NCBI GenBank assembly: GCA_963833985.1
Contig: CAWIAD010000002.1
Location: 1,152,001 to 1,216,000 of the forward strand
DNA from: an uncultured Planctomycetaceae bacterium
Lineage (GTDB): Bacteria > Planctomycetota > Planctomycetia > Isosphaerales > Isosphaeraceae
DNA: 64,000 nt
Direction of reading: 5' to 3'
Shown one piece after another: positions 21,776 through 32,491 of the stretch (position 1 is the first letter of the stretch; the number at the start of each line of letters is the position of its first letter). The translations under genes were made by a program, and so were the position numbers. Below the pieces are notes generated by a model that saw only the letters and a program-made list of their open reading frames with translations, was not told the DNA's origin and did no database searches.

Positions 21776-24700
21776 ATGGAAGAACCTGCCCCATTGACTG
21801 CTCCGAACATGACAGCCTCATGGCGGCAGGAACCGCGCGGGCACCCCGGCGAGGTCCACGCGCGACGGCTGAAGAGAAGGACCTGGACGCTGCTCGCGGC
21901 GCTGGCCGTGGCGCTCGGGGCACTGCTGAGCCTGACCTCGTTCTTTCGCGTGCGCCCCTATCCGGCATTCTTGCCGATCGTGGTCGGGGGCATGCAGGAG
22001 CCCGGCGGCGCCCTGGCGTTTGCGGACGCGGACCTGGCAGCCCTTGCGCGACGGGGATTGTTTGCACGAACAATCGGTGATCCCGCGCCACTCGGTCCGA
22101 CCGATACGATCGCCCATCGGCTCGAACGACTGGGCGAGGTGAGCGCACGCGAATCGCTCGTGGTTCTGCTGATGGCCCCGGCGCGCGTTGGGCCAGGCGG
22201 GCAGGTCGAAGTCCTCGGGACCGGGGCGAAAGGGGATGGCCCTGGCCGCTGGATCGCATTTCGTGAGATCCTCGCCCGGGTCTCGGCCTGCCCGGCTCGG
22301 CATCGTCTGGTGGTGCTGGACGTCATGCGGCCGATGGCTGACCCGATCCGGGGAATCCTCGCGGATGACGTGGCCGGACGGATTTCCCAGGAGCTCGAAG
22401 CCGCGGCGACAACCGATCAAGGAGTCTTCGTGCTCTCCGCCTGCGAACGCGGACAGCAGTCGTGGGCGTCGGAAGAGCTGGGGCGATCGGTCTTCGGGCT
22501 CGCGGTCGAGCAAGGCTTGCGAGGGCTGGCTGATTCCGAAGGGGGCGACGGCGACGGCCGGGTGACGGTGCGCGAGCTGTCCCGCTACGTGATGCGCAGG
22601 ACACACGCCTGGGTCTGGCACAACCGGCAAGCCCGGCAAACTCCTGTTCTGCTCGAGAAGGGGCGGATGCATGAACGGCTTGTGGACTTCGCTCTGGCGC
22701 GTCGGGCTCGTCTCGACGCGGCTGACGGACAGGAGCCCGTCGCACCCGAGGCACGCAGCTATCCCGACTGGCTCAAGGCCGCCTGGGCGAGGCGAGACGG
22801 CCTGCTGGCCGACGGTACCGCACGCCTGGTGCCCCGGGCACTCCGTCTCTTGAACGCAGGTCTGCTGGCCGCGGAGCAGGACTGGCGGGCGGGGGTCGAT
22901 CCTGAACAGGTTCAACGTCAGTTCGAGGCGGACTCCGCCAGGCTCGCCCCGCTCTTCCAGCGGGTGAAGTCCGAGCAACGGCTGCCCCTGCGATCATTGG
23001 CACTCGCGGAGCGCCAGGGGCAGGTGGCCGATCCGGCGGTCAAGGCCGCCATGGCCGACCTGCTGAAGAAACGGGCGCGCCCGGCCATTGGGCTCAAGCC
23101 CGAGGAAGCCGCGGCCGCCGGGGCCCGGTTGCTTGCCGATTTCCTGGCGGCGACGCAGGACAAGGGTGATTTCGATGTGGCCTCCACGGTCTTCTCGGCC
23201 GTCGCCGACACGCCGGTACCGGTGCCCGAGACGGTCCTGTCCCTGGAGGGCCTGCTGCGGGCGCGTCAGCCCACGGTGAACTGGGTGGAGATCCTCAGTC
23301 TGCACCGGCTGGCCGAGCGTGCCGAGGCGATCGTGCAAGGAAGGCTCAGTCCTCAGACCTGGAAACCGGCCACAGTCCGGAAATTGCTCGAGGTCGTTCG
23401 TGAAGGCGAGCGCGCCCACGCCCGCGCGGGTTCTCCGCACTGGGTCCATCCCTGGCTGGACGCGGCCGCCCAGGCGCGGCACCTCGGCGAGGTCGCTTTC
23501 GATGCGGCGGGCTACGTTCCGCCCGAACAGGCGGACGGGTATCTCGATCGCGCGGCGGACCTGTATTCGGCCGTGCGTGCGGCACAGGATCGATTTCAAA
23601 ACGCGGTACGGCTGCGTGACGAGGCCGCGGATCTCTTGCCCGACGACTTGCCCTACCTCGATGAGGCTCCGGGGTTGTTGAACGCATGGTCTGATGCCGT
23701 GTCCGCCTTCGAGGCGCTGGACGCGGCGATTGCGGTCTCGCCGGTTGAGAAGAAAACAATGGACGGGGCCGAACCGACGGGTCAGGTGCCGGGACTCGAG
23801 GTCTTGCGTGCCGGGAGCGATCGCATCGATCGCCTCAACGCCGGGCTGAGCTCTTCCCTCGACCGCCTTCGACAGCCATTCCAGAAGGACACCATCGTCG
23901 GCCTCGTGGCTCGAGCCAGGGAGCCGAGGGCCGACTCGGCAACCTGGCGCGACATCGCCTCGCGGTTCGTTTCTCCGATCGCCACCGCCGAGCAGCGAGC
24001 CTTGCTCTGGAGTGCCGCTCACGAGCTGGCGGAGCGGCTGGATCGTGCAACTCCCTGGGAGGTCCCGCTTGCCGCAGTTGCCGGTGACACGGGTGCCGAG
24101 CCTTTCCCCGTGCTGCTCGCGCGCGGCCTGACCCGCCGCGCCACGGAGGCGGTGGGGTTACTGAAACTGGCCGGGCTCGAGGCCCGAAAGGCAGCCATCT
24201 TCGAGGAAGCGATCGTCAGGATCACGAGGCAGAGTGAAGATGAGGGCCGGTCGATTCCTCTGGACCAGAGAATCGACTGGTCCCAATGCGGGGAGGAGCT
24301 GCATCACGCCTGGGTTGAGCTGATCAACATACCGGAACACGGCGATCTTGCCCGGCGGTCTCGACTTGTCCGGATACTTCCCGGCTCCATCCGGGCGACC
24401 CCCCTGGACCTTGGAATTGACGATCCCGTGGCGGAGGCACGCAGGCGGAACGCCCATGCCTTGCAGGCCTGGCTCGCAGACTGGTTCCGGTACGTCGGCA
24501 CTGATCTGGAGATGGATTTCTTCCTGGTCGCGGCCCAGGAGTATCGCCGCGGCGTCGAGTCGCTGACGCTCCGTCCCACGGCGACCTGGACCGGTCCCGT
24601 CGAGCCGCCCATGCTGGCAGAGAACTCGCCTCAGGCATCGCTCGATCTGACGCTGGAGCTTGCCGCGGACTCCGCCGAGATGGGTGCGGGAGCGACCCCG

Positions 24701-26797
24701 ACCCCGAACGCGCCCGCCTTGCGCGCCGATCCTGGTGCGTGTGCTCCAGCCAGTGCGTGACTGGCTCGGCGTGAGCCTCGATGCCGTGCACGGCCTGAAC
24801 CTGGGAGATCCTGCACGAATCGTTACCGGCGAAGGTGCGGGCCAGTACGTGATCACTCCGGCGCAGCCGGGACCGATCCCCTTGCGGCTGCAATTGACGA
24901 CGCGCGGCACTCGAGTTGAGGTGCCTCGGGCCTTTGAGACCCACGCTCTGCCGCCGGCGGGAATCCTCCTCCAGGCGGAGGTTCAGGGGCGAGTCTTCTC
25001 GCGGAGGATGCCGGTCGTTGTCCGAAGCCCGGCGGATGCGTTCCGGATCATACTGGGAGATGAGGCACAGGATCAGGCGGGCGCGCGAAAAACGGTGCAG
25101 CTCAGGCCGCTCCCCGGCCGGCAAAGGCTGCCCCTGCGGATCAAGAACCCGACCGCTTCCGCCCAGGAAGTCATCATCGAGCTACGGCGAGGCCCGGACG
25201 ATGCCGGTCCCGTTGTTGCCAGCCCGCGCATGACGATTGCTCCGTTCGCGACTCAACCCGTGGCGTTCACCGTTCCGGCGTCAGACGGTGCGCCGTCCGG
25301 AGCTGCGTCCGCGGTGGGCTCGTCGACCGGACCGGCCGCCGGGCCGGGCCCAGGTTCCGGAGCCAGTGCCCCTGGGCCGCCTCCGCTTGCCGAGCTGGAA
25401 GGTCCTCTGGAGTTCCGGGTGCTTGACGCCAAACGGCCCGAAGTTGTGCTCGGCCAGCGCGTGGTGCTGGTCGAGGTGGCCGCTCCGAGCGATTATGTTC
25501 GGGTACACGATGCGTCGCTCACCCCTGCGCGGCCCGTGGCGAAGGAGCCGAACCGGCTGAGCGTGTCGCTGCGATCCTTGCTTCCTCCATCCGACCCCGC
25601 GACGGCGGTCGAGCTGGTGCTCCGGCGCGAGCGAATTCCTGGATTCCTGGGCGTGGACAAGGGGGTGCTACGCGGCAAGCTGCCGGCGGGCGGCGAGCTG
25701 AAGCTGACGGCCGAGGCGTTGAATCTCGATCCCGCGGCCGCCGGTGACGGAGTGATCGAGGTGACTGTCGATGGCGTCCCGCGTGCCCTCCTTCTGAGGG
25801 CCGCGTTCGCGGGAATCCGGGATGTGTCGATCCCGCTCAACGAGGAAGCGGTCGCGCTGCGGCTGAGGTCACCGGCCATGGCCCGCACCGGCGCGCCGGT
25901 TCCCGTGGTCCTGGAAGTGGACAACGCGCCCGAAGGGGCTGCGCTCGAGCTGAGTCTGGGACGTACGCTCTCGGGGCGGTTCGAACCGATCCAGTCCTGG
26001 CGATACCAGGGGCGCACTGCGCGCGGATCGGGATGGACACGGCCGCACCCGGTGGCGGCTTGCAATTCGAGGCGAGCCTGGGGGACTGGCGCCAGGTCAT
26101 CGATACGGCGGGATTGAGGGGCCGGTTCCCCCTGCGTGCGCGGTTGCGTCGGAGCGATGGGTCGATCCTCAAGGAGGTGGAGCAAGAGCTCCTGCTCGAC
26201 GACCAGGCGCCCCGGTGGATCAGCCTGGTCGGCCTGCCGCGGCGTGCCAGACGGGGTCGGACTCTGGCGGTCGCCGCGATCGGCGAGTCCCCGCCTGCCG
26301 GCATCTCGTCCGCACAGTTCTTCATCGGCAAGCCGACGCCAGATGGCAAGATGCCGGCCGGGGCGGTCCTGGTACCCGGGATACGCCAGCCGGGCACGAC
26401 CGAGCGCTGGCTGGCCGAGTTGAAACTGCCCGCCGACAAGAGCGAGTCCGAGGCGGCGATCAGCGTGCGGTTCGTGACCGGAGCGGGGATCGAAGCCTTG
26501 GAGACGGCTTCGGTCGAGCTGGCCGACACGGACCCTGTTGCCACTGGTTCCGTGCGCGGAGTGGTTCGAGAAGGATCACTTGCGCAGAAGGATCTGGTGG
26601 TGGGTCTCTTCGATCCCAAGGGGAACAAGCTGCGTGAGGCCCGCACTTCCGATACCGGCTCGTTCCGTTTCGACGACCTGCCACCCGGCCTGTACTACCT
26701 GACCAGCGGGCGGCCGGTCGCCGCGACCAAAGGCCAGGCAAAGGCCGAGGTGAAGCCTGACCATACCGCCGAGGTGACGATCTCCCTCTATCGCTGA
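21776..26797 (+). CDS. Very large membrane-anchored protein: N-terminal inactive caspase-like domain, C-terminal carboxypeptidase-regulatory-like beta domain; frameshifts near 24725 and 26015
   Basis: Three overlapping ORFs (21776..24760, 24660..26117, 26033..26797). TM helix, LVVLDVMR, VLSACERGQQSW..EELGRSVF, DGDGRVTVREL..YV; C-terminal GSVRGVV...TSDTGSFRFDDLPPGLY. Confidence 0.65.
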
Positions 26798-27104
26798 GTC
26801 CGCAAGGGTTCAGCCCATGAAGTCCAACGGGGCCGCCATGTTCCTCCAGCGGTAAACGGGTCCAGCCATGTTCTTCCCGAAGTTCTGGACGAAGGGGTCC
26901 TTGCCCGGTACGTCTGGCCATCATGAGAACGACCCTGTCGACGTCCGTCCTGCTGCTGCTGCGGTCGCCGTGAGGCGAAAGAACTCGCTGCTCCTGAGGA
27001 GCGACCGCGGGGGCCGGACGGCGGCTGTGCTGAGAAGCCTGGTGCAGTCGCGCAAGCGTCTGGGGAACTGGCGGTTCGCCACCTGCGCAACGTGCTCGAC
27101 CGAG

Positions 27105-28412
27105 TCAGCTCCCACCCGGCCAGTCGGAGAGACGGCCTGCGGCCAGACCGCCCAGTGCTGCCGCATTCGGCTGACTCCGGCCGCAGCGCGTCGTGCCGCA
27201 GGCGACGCAGGTCAGAACAGCCAGGAGGGTGATGAGCCAAAAGGGGTGCGACGCGACAGCTTCGATGATGGGGACGATCGGGTTGACCCAGCCGAAGGCC
27301 CGCTCCACCAGCCATGCGGTCGCTGCGGTGCCGGTGAGTGCGGCCCCAACGATGCGAAACGGCCCATAGATGCGCGAGCGAGCGAGCAGCACAAGCCAGG
27401 GCATCGCGGTCAGGATGACCAGAAGCTGGAAGGCTTCGATCCCGAGATTGAAACCCAGCACGCTCGAAACCATCGTCAAGGGGTCGAGCCCGAAGCCGGT
27501 CAGTGTCGTCGCGAACGCCAGTCCGTGTACCAGTCCGAACCCGCCGGCGATGAAGATTTCCCGGCCCCGGAAGATCGGGACCAGGGCATGGACGGCCGAG
27601 ACCAGGATCGAAATGGCGATGGCCGACTCGACGTGGGCACCGGCGGCGTGGACCCACTCCAACGCCCCGAACAGGAGCGTGATCGAGTGGCCCACGGTGA
27701 ACGCGGTCACGACCCTGACAATCCGCCGCAGGGCCGTCCTTCCGCCGGCATACCCGCCCCAGCGCCCGCCTGTCGCGACGAGGGGCGCCGGCAGGATCAG
27801 CGCGAGCAGGAACAGGAGATGGTCCGTCCCCTCGGCGATGTGGCGTGTCCCGAGCCGGAACATGGCGGCGAACCCCCGGAACCAGCTCCCCCCGGAGCGG
27901 TCGATGGCGATCTCGGGAGTGGTGTCCCGCATCGTCCCCAGGAGCACCGGCTGCTCATCCAGGACCCCGTTGCGCCAGTCGCTGGCCAGGGTGACCACCG
28001 CGGTGTGAGTGATCAGGTGGTGGAAGATCACATCGTAGTGGAAGGTGAGCCGGTCCGCGGGCGCGCCGGCTGGCGGGGTCATCGTCAACGTGACCCGCAC
28101 GTCGGGGTCCTTTTCCTCGACCGGGGTGACCTCGCGCAAAGTCACCGCCCAGGGCCGCCCGTCGGGTGTCGATGCGCGGATGTGCTGGAGCACGTAGCCC
28201 TTCATTTCCTCGCCGTACTGCTGCACCGTGCGGACGGAGTCCGTGGGTAACGGCTTCTCCCAGCCCACCGCCAGCTCGCCGATCGGCAGCGTCAGTTCAG
28301 CGCTGATCTCGGCGCGATGGACGCGCAACACGACGGCCGAGTTCGGCATGGGATGGGCCCATGCCGGCCGCGCCGCCATCAGGAGCAGGAGGGCCGGGAG
28401 AAGTCGTTTCAT
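27105..28412 (-). CDS. HupE/UreJ family membrane protein
   Basis: AWAHPM, HIAEGTDHLLFLLAL, TAFTVGHSITL, FGLVHGLAFA, GFNLGIE. Confidence 0.88.
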   Translation of the reverse strand: MKRLLPALLLLMAARPAWAHPMPNSAVVLRVHRAEISAELTLPIGELAVGWEKPLPTDSVRTVQQYGEEMKGYVLQHIRASTPDGRPWAVTLREVTPVEEKDPDVRVTLTMTPPAGAPADRLTFHYDVIFHHLITHTAVVTLASDWRNGVLDEQPVLLGTMRDTTPEIAIDRSGGSWFRGFAAMFRLGTRHIAEGTDHLLFLLALILPAPLVATGGRWGGYAGGRTALRRIVRVVTAFTVGHSITLLFGALEWVHAAGAHVESAIAISILVSAVHALVPIFRGREIFIAGGFGLVHGLAFATTLTGFGLDPLTMVSSVLGFNLGIEAFQLLVILTAMPWLVLLARSRIYGPFRIVGAALTGTAATAWLVERAFGWVNPIVPIIEAVASHPFWLITLLAVLTCVACGTTRCGRSQPNAAALGGLAAGRLSDWPGGS

Positions 28413-28419
28413 GGCTGCC

Positions 28420-29571
28420 TCAGAAAGAGAATTCGGCGCCGTAATCGGTCAGCCGGTCTCGCCAGATCGTGTGGACATGGTCGCTGCCCTGGACGGCGAA
28501 CTCGATCCAGACGCGCGGCCCGTCGAGGCGCACGTAGTCGCCCCGACTGCTCCCGCTCATGGACCCCGAGTAGGCGACCATCACCCGGTCCAGCTCGGCC
28601 TCGTAGATTTTGCGATATTCGGCGGCCTGGGGGCTATCGCCCGTCCACGCGGCGATCGCCTTCTTGACGAACTCTTTCGAGGCATCGGGAAGCTCTGAGA
28701 CGGGGACCCCCTCGCTCTTCGCCGGGAACTGGCCGTCCTTGCCGGGGCCCACATAGACGTCGTTGAAACGCGCCTCAAGCTTCGCACGCTTCGATTGCTC
28801 GGGCGTGAGTGAGGCAAGCAGCCCTTGCAGCGACTCACGCATCGGGGCGAGCGGCTCGTGCGTCTTGCCCTGATCGTCCTTCCACACTGTCGGCTGCGCG
28901 GCAACGTGGTAAGGGGTCGCCGCGCCGGTCGTCCCCTTGTAGTAGATGTTGATGGCGAGGTGGTGGCCGCCGAACTGGAGGATCCAGGGCATGGTCTTCG
29001 ACGGCTTGCCGAGGAACGCGATCATGTAGTTTTCCGATCCGAAATTGAACCCGCCGCCCGGCCCGCCGGGGCCGCCACCCTTTCTTTGGGCGGGACCACC
29101 CGGCCCACCAGCACCTCCCCCGCGGCCCCCGCGGCCTCCGGGGCCACGGCCGCCACGCCCCTTGGCGAAGGCGTCATCGGTCGCGCGGACCTCCTGGTAT
29201 CGTGCGAAACCCACCTCTCCCAGGGCGACGCGGGCGACCTTCAGCGCTGCCTCGACCTGGGCTGGCTTGAGGTCGCGAAAGAACACACCGTTGCGCACAT
29301 TCGACCCACCGGGAAAGTTCGTCCACCGGACGGCGAGTCTCGGCGTGAGCTCGATCTGGGCGATCGCCCGCTGCTCCGCCGAGAGCGTCGCCAGGAACGC
29401 CTCTCCGGCGTCCACGACGTCGGCCACCTGCGGCGATGCGGGTAGATCCTGGCGGGGCGCGGGGGCCTGGGCAACGGCCTCGGGTGCAGAAGAGGCGAAG
29501 TTGCTCGCGAGCAATCCGAGCAACAACGCGCCCGCTGTCGCGGTGAGGGTAAGAAAGGCCGGCCTGTTCAT
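28420..29571 (-). CDS. DUF3500 domain secreted protein with Gly-rich insert
   Basis: WTNFP, FLGKPS...W.LQFGGHHLAIN, YVRLDGPRVWIEF, HVHTIWRD...DYG. Confidence 0.85.
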   Translation of the reverse strand: MNRPAFLTLTATAGALLLGLLASNFASSAPEAVAQAPAPRQDLPASPQVADVVDAGEAFLATLSAEQRAIAQIELTPRLAVRWTNFPGGSNVRNGVFFRDLKPAQVEAALKVARVALGEVGFARYQEVRATDDAFAKGRGGRGPGGRGGRGGGAGGPGGPAQRKGGGPGGPGGGFNFGSENYMIAFLGKPSKTMPWILQFGGHHLAINIYYKGTTGAATPYHVAAQPTVWKDDQGKTHEPLAPMRESLQGLLASLTPEQSKRAKLEARFNDVYVGPGKDGQFPAKSEGVPVSELPDASKEFVKKAIAAWTGDSPQAAEYRKIYEAELDRVMVAYSGSMSGSSRGDYVRLDGPRVWIEFAVQGSDHVHTIWRDRLTDYGAEFSF

Positions 29572-29909
29572 GCAACGCTCTCCTGTTCTGTTTCGCTCTG
29601 AGAAAGGAAGTGAAAATGGCATCCCGGGACGCGGTCGCGCGGCCTGCACCGGCGCCAGAATATGGTCGGCACGGCCAGGGGCAGATGATCGCTCGACGAA
29701 CCAGGCCATTCGGAGGTCGGACCGTCGTACTCGAGACGATAGCGTCCGTGCCCGTCGCCGGGGCGTCGAGAATCCCTAAAATCCTCTTTATCCACGCCGC
29801 TCGGTCCGTTTTCCGGATGCGTCCTGTCGGCTTTCCGCCGATCAGCACACCTTCGCCCTGAAAGACGACCTGCAATGGAAGCTTTCGGACGACCAGCGGC
29901 ACCGCTGCC

Positions 29910-30893
29910 TCAGCGCGGCGCCCGCACGTTCTCGCCTTCAAGGGCACTCATTATCCGTGAAACCTGGGCGAGACGGTCCTCGAAAGCGGCTCGCTGCTCC
30001 TCGAGACTGGCACGTAGGTCTGCAATCTCGGTTTCCAGCCGATCCACTCGTTGCGTATCAAGTCTCTCCTCGAGAAGTCGATACGCGTCGTCGGCCTTGG
30101 CATGGAGGTTGGCGATCTGCATTTTCTGCCGCGCGTTGTTCTCGAGATCGCGCTTGTCTCGAAGCCGGTTCTGCTGGTTCAACCCATTCACGACCACCAG
30201 GATGACGGGTGCCTGGATCGCCGCGAGCATCGAGAGCATCAGGATCAGCAGGGTGTACGGAAAGGGATCGAACGGGGGGATGTAAATCGGCCAGGCGATG
30301 CCGCGGCCCAGAATCATCCACAAGGCCAGGATGCCGCCGAAGACCACGAAGAAGAGCCACGAGCCAACGAGCCTGGAAACCCAGCGCGCGAGCTTCATGG
30401 GCCCTGACTCGGTCTGGTCCAGGCGTTCATCGATGTCTGCGTTCGACTGGACCCGTAGGGCCTCCAGCACCGATCGCAGTCGCTTGGAGAGTAAGCCGAG
30501 GAACTCACGGCCAATCTGCGGATAACGCGTCAGCAATTCCTCGAAATGCTGGCGGTCGAGATTCAGCAGTTGCGTTTCCTCCGTGGCGATCGCGGTAAAC
30601 GGACTGGGAGACTCTTCCAGCAGCGCGATCTCGCCGAACTGCTCGCCCTCCCGGCACTCGCGAATCAGCACTCGCTCGCCACGGTCGTTCTCGGTGTAGA
30701 GCAAGACGCGGCCCTTGCGGATCACGTGCATCGTCCGCACATGCTGTCCCGTACGGACAATGGTTGCGCCCACCGCGTACTTGCGGGGGCTGAACCGCTC
30801 CGCCAGGAAGGCAAACTGCTCGTCGTTCAGGATCGCTCGGAACGCCGTGTCGGCGAGCTCGGATCTGTTCACGGGCATGGCCTGGGCCCCCAT
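29910..30893 (-). CDS. cNMP-binding domain plus DUF1003 membrane protein with C-terminal coiled coil
   Basis: GEQFGEIALL cNMP pocket; VGSWLFF, FDPFPYTLLILMLSMLAAIQAPVIL (DUF1003). Confidence 0.85.
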   Translation of the reverse strand: MGAQAMPVNRSELADTAFRAILNDEQFAFLAERFSPRKYAVGATIVRTGQHVRTMHVIRKGRVLLYTENDRGERVLIRECREGEQFGEIALLEESPSPFTAIATEETQLLNLDRQHFEELLTRYPQIGREFLGLLSKRLRSVLEALRVQSNADIDERLDQTESGPMKLARWVSRLVGSWLFFVVFGGILALWMILGRGIAWPIYIPPFDPFPYTLLILMLSMLAAIQAPVILVVVNGLNQQNRLRDKRDLENNARQKMQIANLHAKADDAYRLLEERLDTQRVDRLETEIADLRASLEEQRAAFEDRLAQVSRIMSALEGENVRAPR

Positions 30894-30972
30894 GGTCTCT
30901 TGCCGGGCAGGAGAAACACGCTTCAAACCGTGTCTCCCTCGCCCACCTTGATAAGCGAACGATCCGAGCTTG

Positions 30973-32421
30973 CTATTCACCCGCGACCGCGAACAGGGCA
31001 AATTGAAGTGCGACCTGACGATCCTTCCAGTTCACGATGAGCCAGCGCGCGCCCTGGCGCAGCTCATCCGGGTTGCTGATGATGGAGTGATTCAGTCGCA
31101 TGGCCAGCGACTGGTCGTTGTGCACGTCTTTCCATGCGTCGTTCCCGCGGGACACCTCGAAATAGACCCAGTCACGACTGACCGGGAGGGCCCTGGGAAG
31201 ACGTTGCAGGGGAGTGAGGTTCAGCCCCTCGGCGCCCTTGGTGAACAACGATTCGACCTGCCGCCGGCTGCCGAGTTTCCAGTCAAGCTTGCCAGAAAGC
31301 AGCTCGTGGCATTCCTTGTCCGTGAGCTCCCCCCTGTGCACGCCCACGTACCACTGCCAGTTGGATTCGAACCACTTGGTGTCGAGTGTCACCTGCATTC
31401 CGAGTCCCATGCCCACGAAATAGCGTTGCTCGAACTCATAAGTGCGCAGCGCGTTCAGCCTGGTCCTGATCAGGTCCATCAGCTTGTGAAAGATCGTTCC
31501 CAGATCATCGTGATCGTAGGGCGGAATCGCGGGAAGCACCCGGTCGTTGAAAACGGCGATCCGGCCGACGATCTTCGCCATCTCGACGTAGGCAACGAAG
31601 GGATGGACCCCGCGGGCCGTGGCCAGAACGTGGATCGCCGCGTGTGATTCAAAGAGGCGATCGAGCATCAGCAGCCGGGCCAGGTCGCCCGGCTCTCGGC
31701 TATCGAAGGTGACGCCGCGGTTGGCAATCTGGCCGCCCATGTCCTTGATCTTCGTGGCGATGATATCGGCCGTGGCGCGGATGATGTCGTCGCCCAGGCC
31801 CGGCCAGGCATCGGTGGAGAGCGCGGGGGGGATGTAATCGCGGTCAATCCGGGCGCGCCCGCTCTGGGCACTGCTGCGCTCGACACGGGCCAGCGGCAAC
31901 ACCTCGTATCCTTCGCGCTCGTCGTCCTCGGTGAGCAGGTACCAGTGCAGCTTCCTGAACTGGACCGGCTGGACGCTGCCTCCCCGACTTTCATCTTGAA
32001 GGTTCAATGTGACCTGATGGTAGCGCGGAATCGTCCCCGCATCGACCTGGTCGCCGGCCTTTTCAGGTTGGTTGACTCCGACGTTGGGAACACCAAGCTG
32101 CATCCGCGGCAGCGCGAGGTAGACGAGCACGGAGTCCCGTTTCCGGAAGGCCGGCTCCAGGTCAATCTCGTCGAGCTGCTTCTGGCCGACATCGAGATCG
32201 ATGAGCGTACCGTCGCCCATCCTGGCGCTCAGGCCCTGAACCGCGAACCGGTTCTCGGACAGCCGGCCGGCGTCGATCTCGATGGAGCGGATGCCATAGC
32301 CATAGGGATGATCAAATTCGAGCGAGGTATGGAGCAGCTCGGCGAGATGGCGATCGGCCGCCTGAAAGTGGTGGGGGCGAAGAAAGAGCCCCTCATACCA
32401 GTGCACGGGCAGGTATTGCAT
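30973..32421 (-). CDS. tssK: T6SS baseplate subunit TssK
   Basis: VHWYEGLFLRPHHFQ, YIPP, HPFVAY, PPYDHDDLG..F. Confidence 0.93.
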   Translation of the reverse strand: MQYLPVHWYEGLFLRPHHFQAADRHLAELLHTSLEFDHPYGYGIRSIEIDAGRLSENRFAVQGLSARMGDGTLIDLDVGQKQLDEIDLEPAFRKRDSVLVYLALPRMQLGVPNVGVNQPEKAGDQVDAGTIPRYHQVTLNLQDESRGGSVQPVQFRKLHWYLLTEDDEREGYEVLPLARVERSSAQSGRARIDRDYIPPALSTDAWPGLGDDIIRATADIIATKIKDMGGQIANRGVTFDSREPGDLARLLMLDRLFESHAAIHVLATARGVHPFVAYVEMAKIVGRIAVFNDRVLPAIPPYDHDDLGTIFHKLMDLIRTRLNALRTYEFEQRYFVGMGLGMQVTLDTKWFESNWQWYVGVHRGELTDKECHELLSGKLDWKLGSRRQVESLFTKGAEGLNLTPLQRLPRALPVSRDWVYFEVSRGNDAWKDVHNDQSLAMRLNHSIISNPDELRQGARWLIVNWKDRQVALQFALFAVAGE

Positions 32422-32491
32422 GACTCGACCTGACCTCTCGGAGAAACTGTGAATGCCCGGCAAGCACTCGGGCCGTGGGCCTCGGGTGCGT

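Noticed and set aside
29040..29165. Gly/Pro-rich repeat-like DNA
   Set aside because: Low-complexity loop within the DUF3500 coding sequence, not an independent element.
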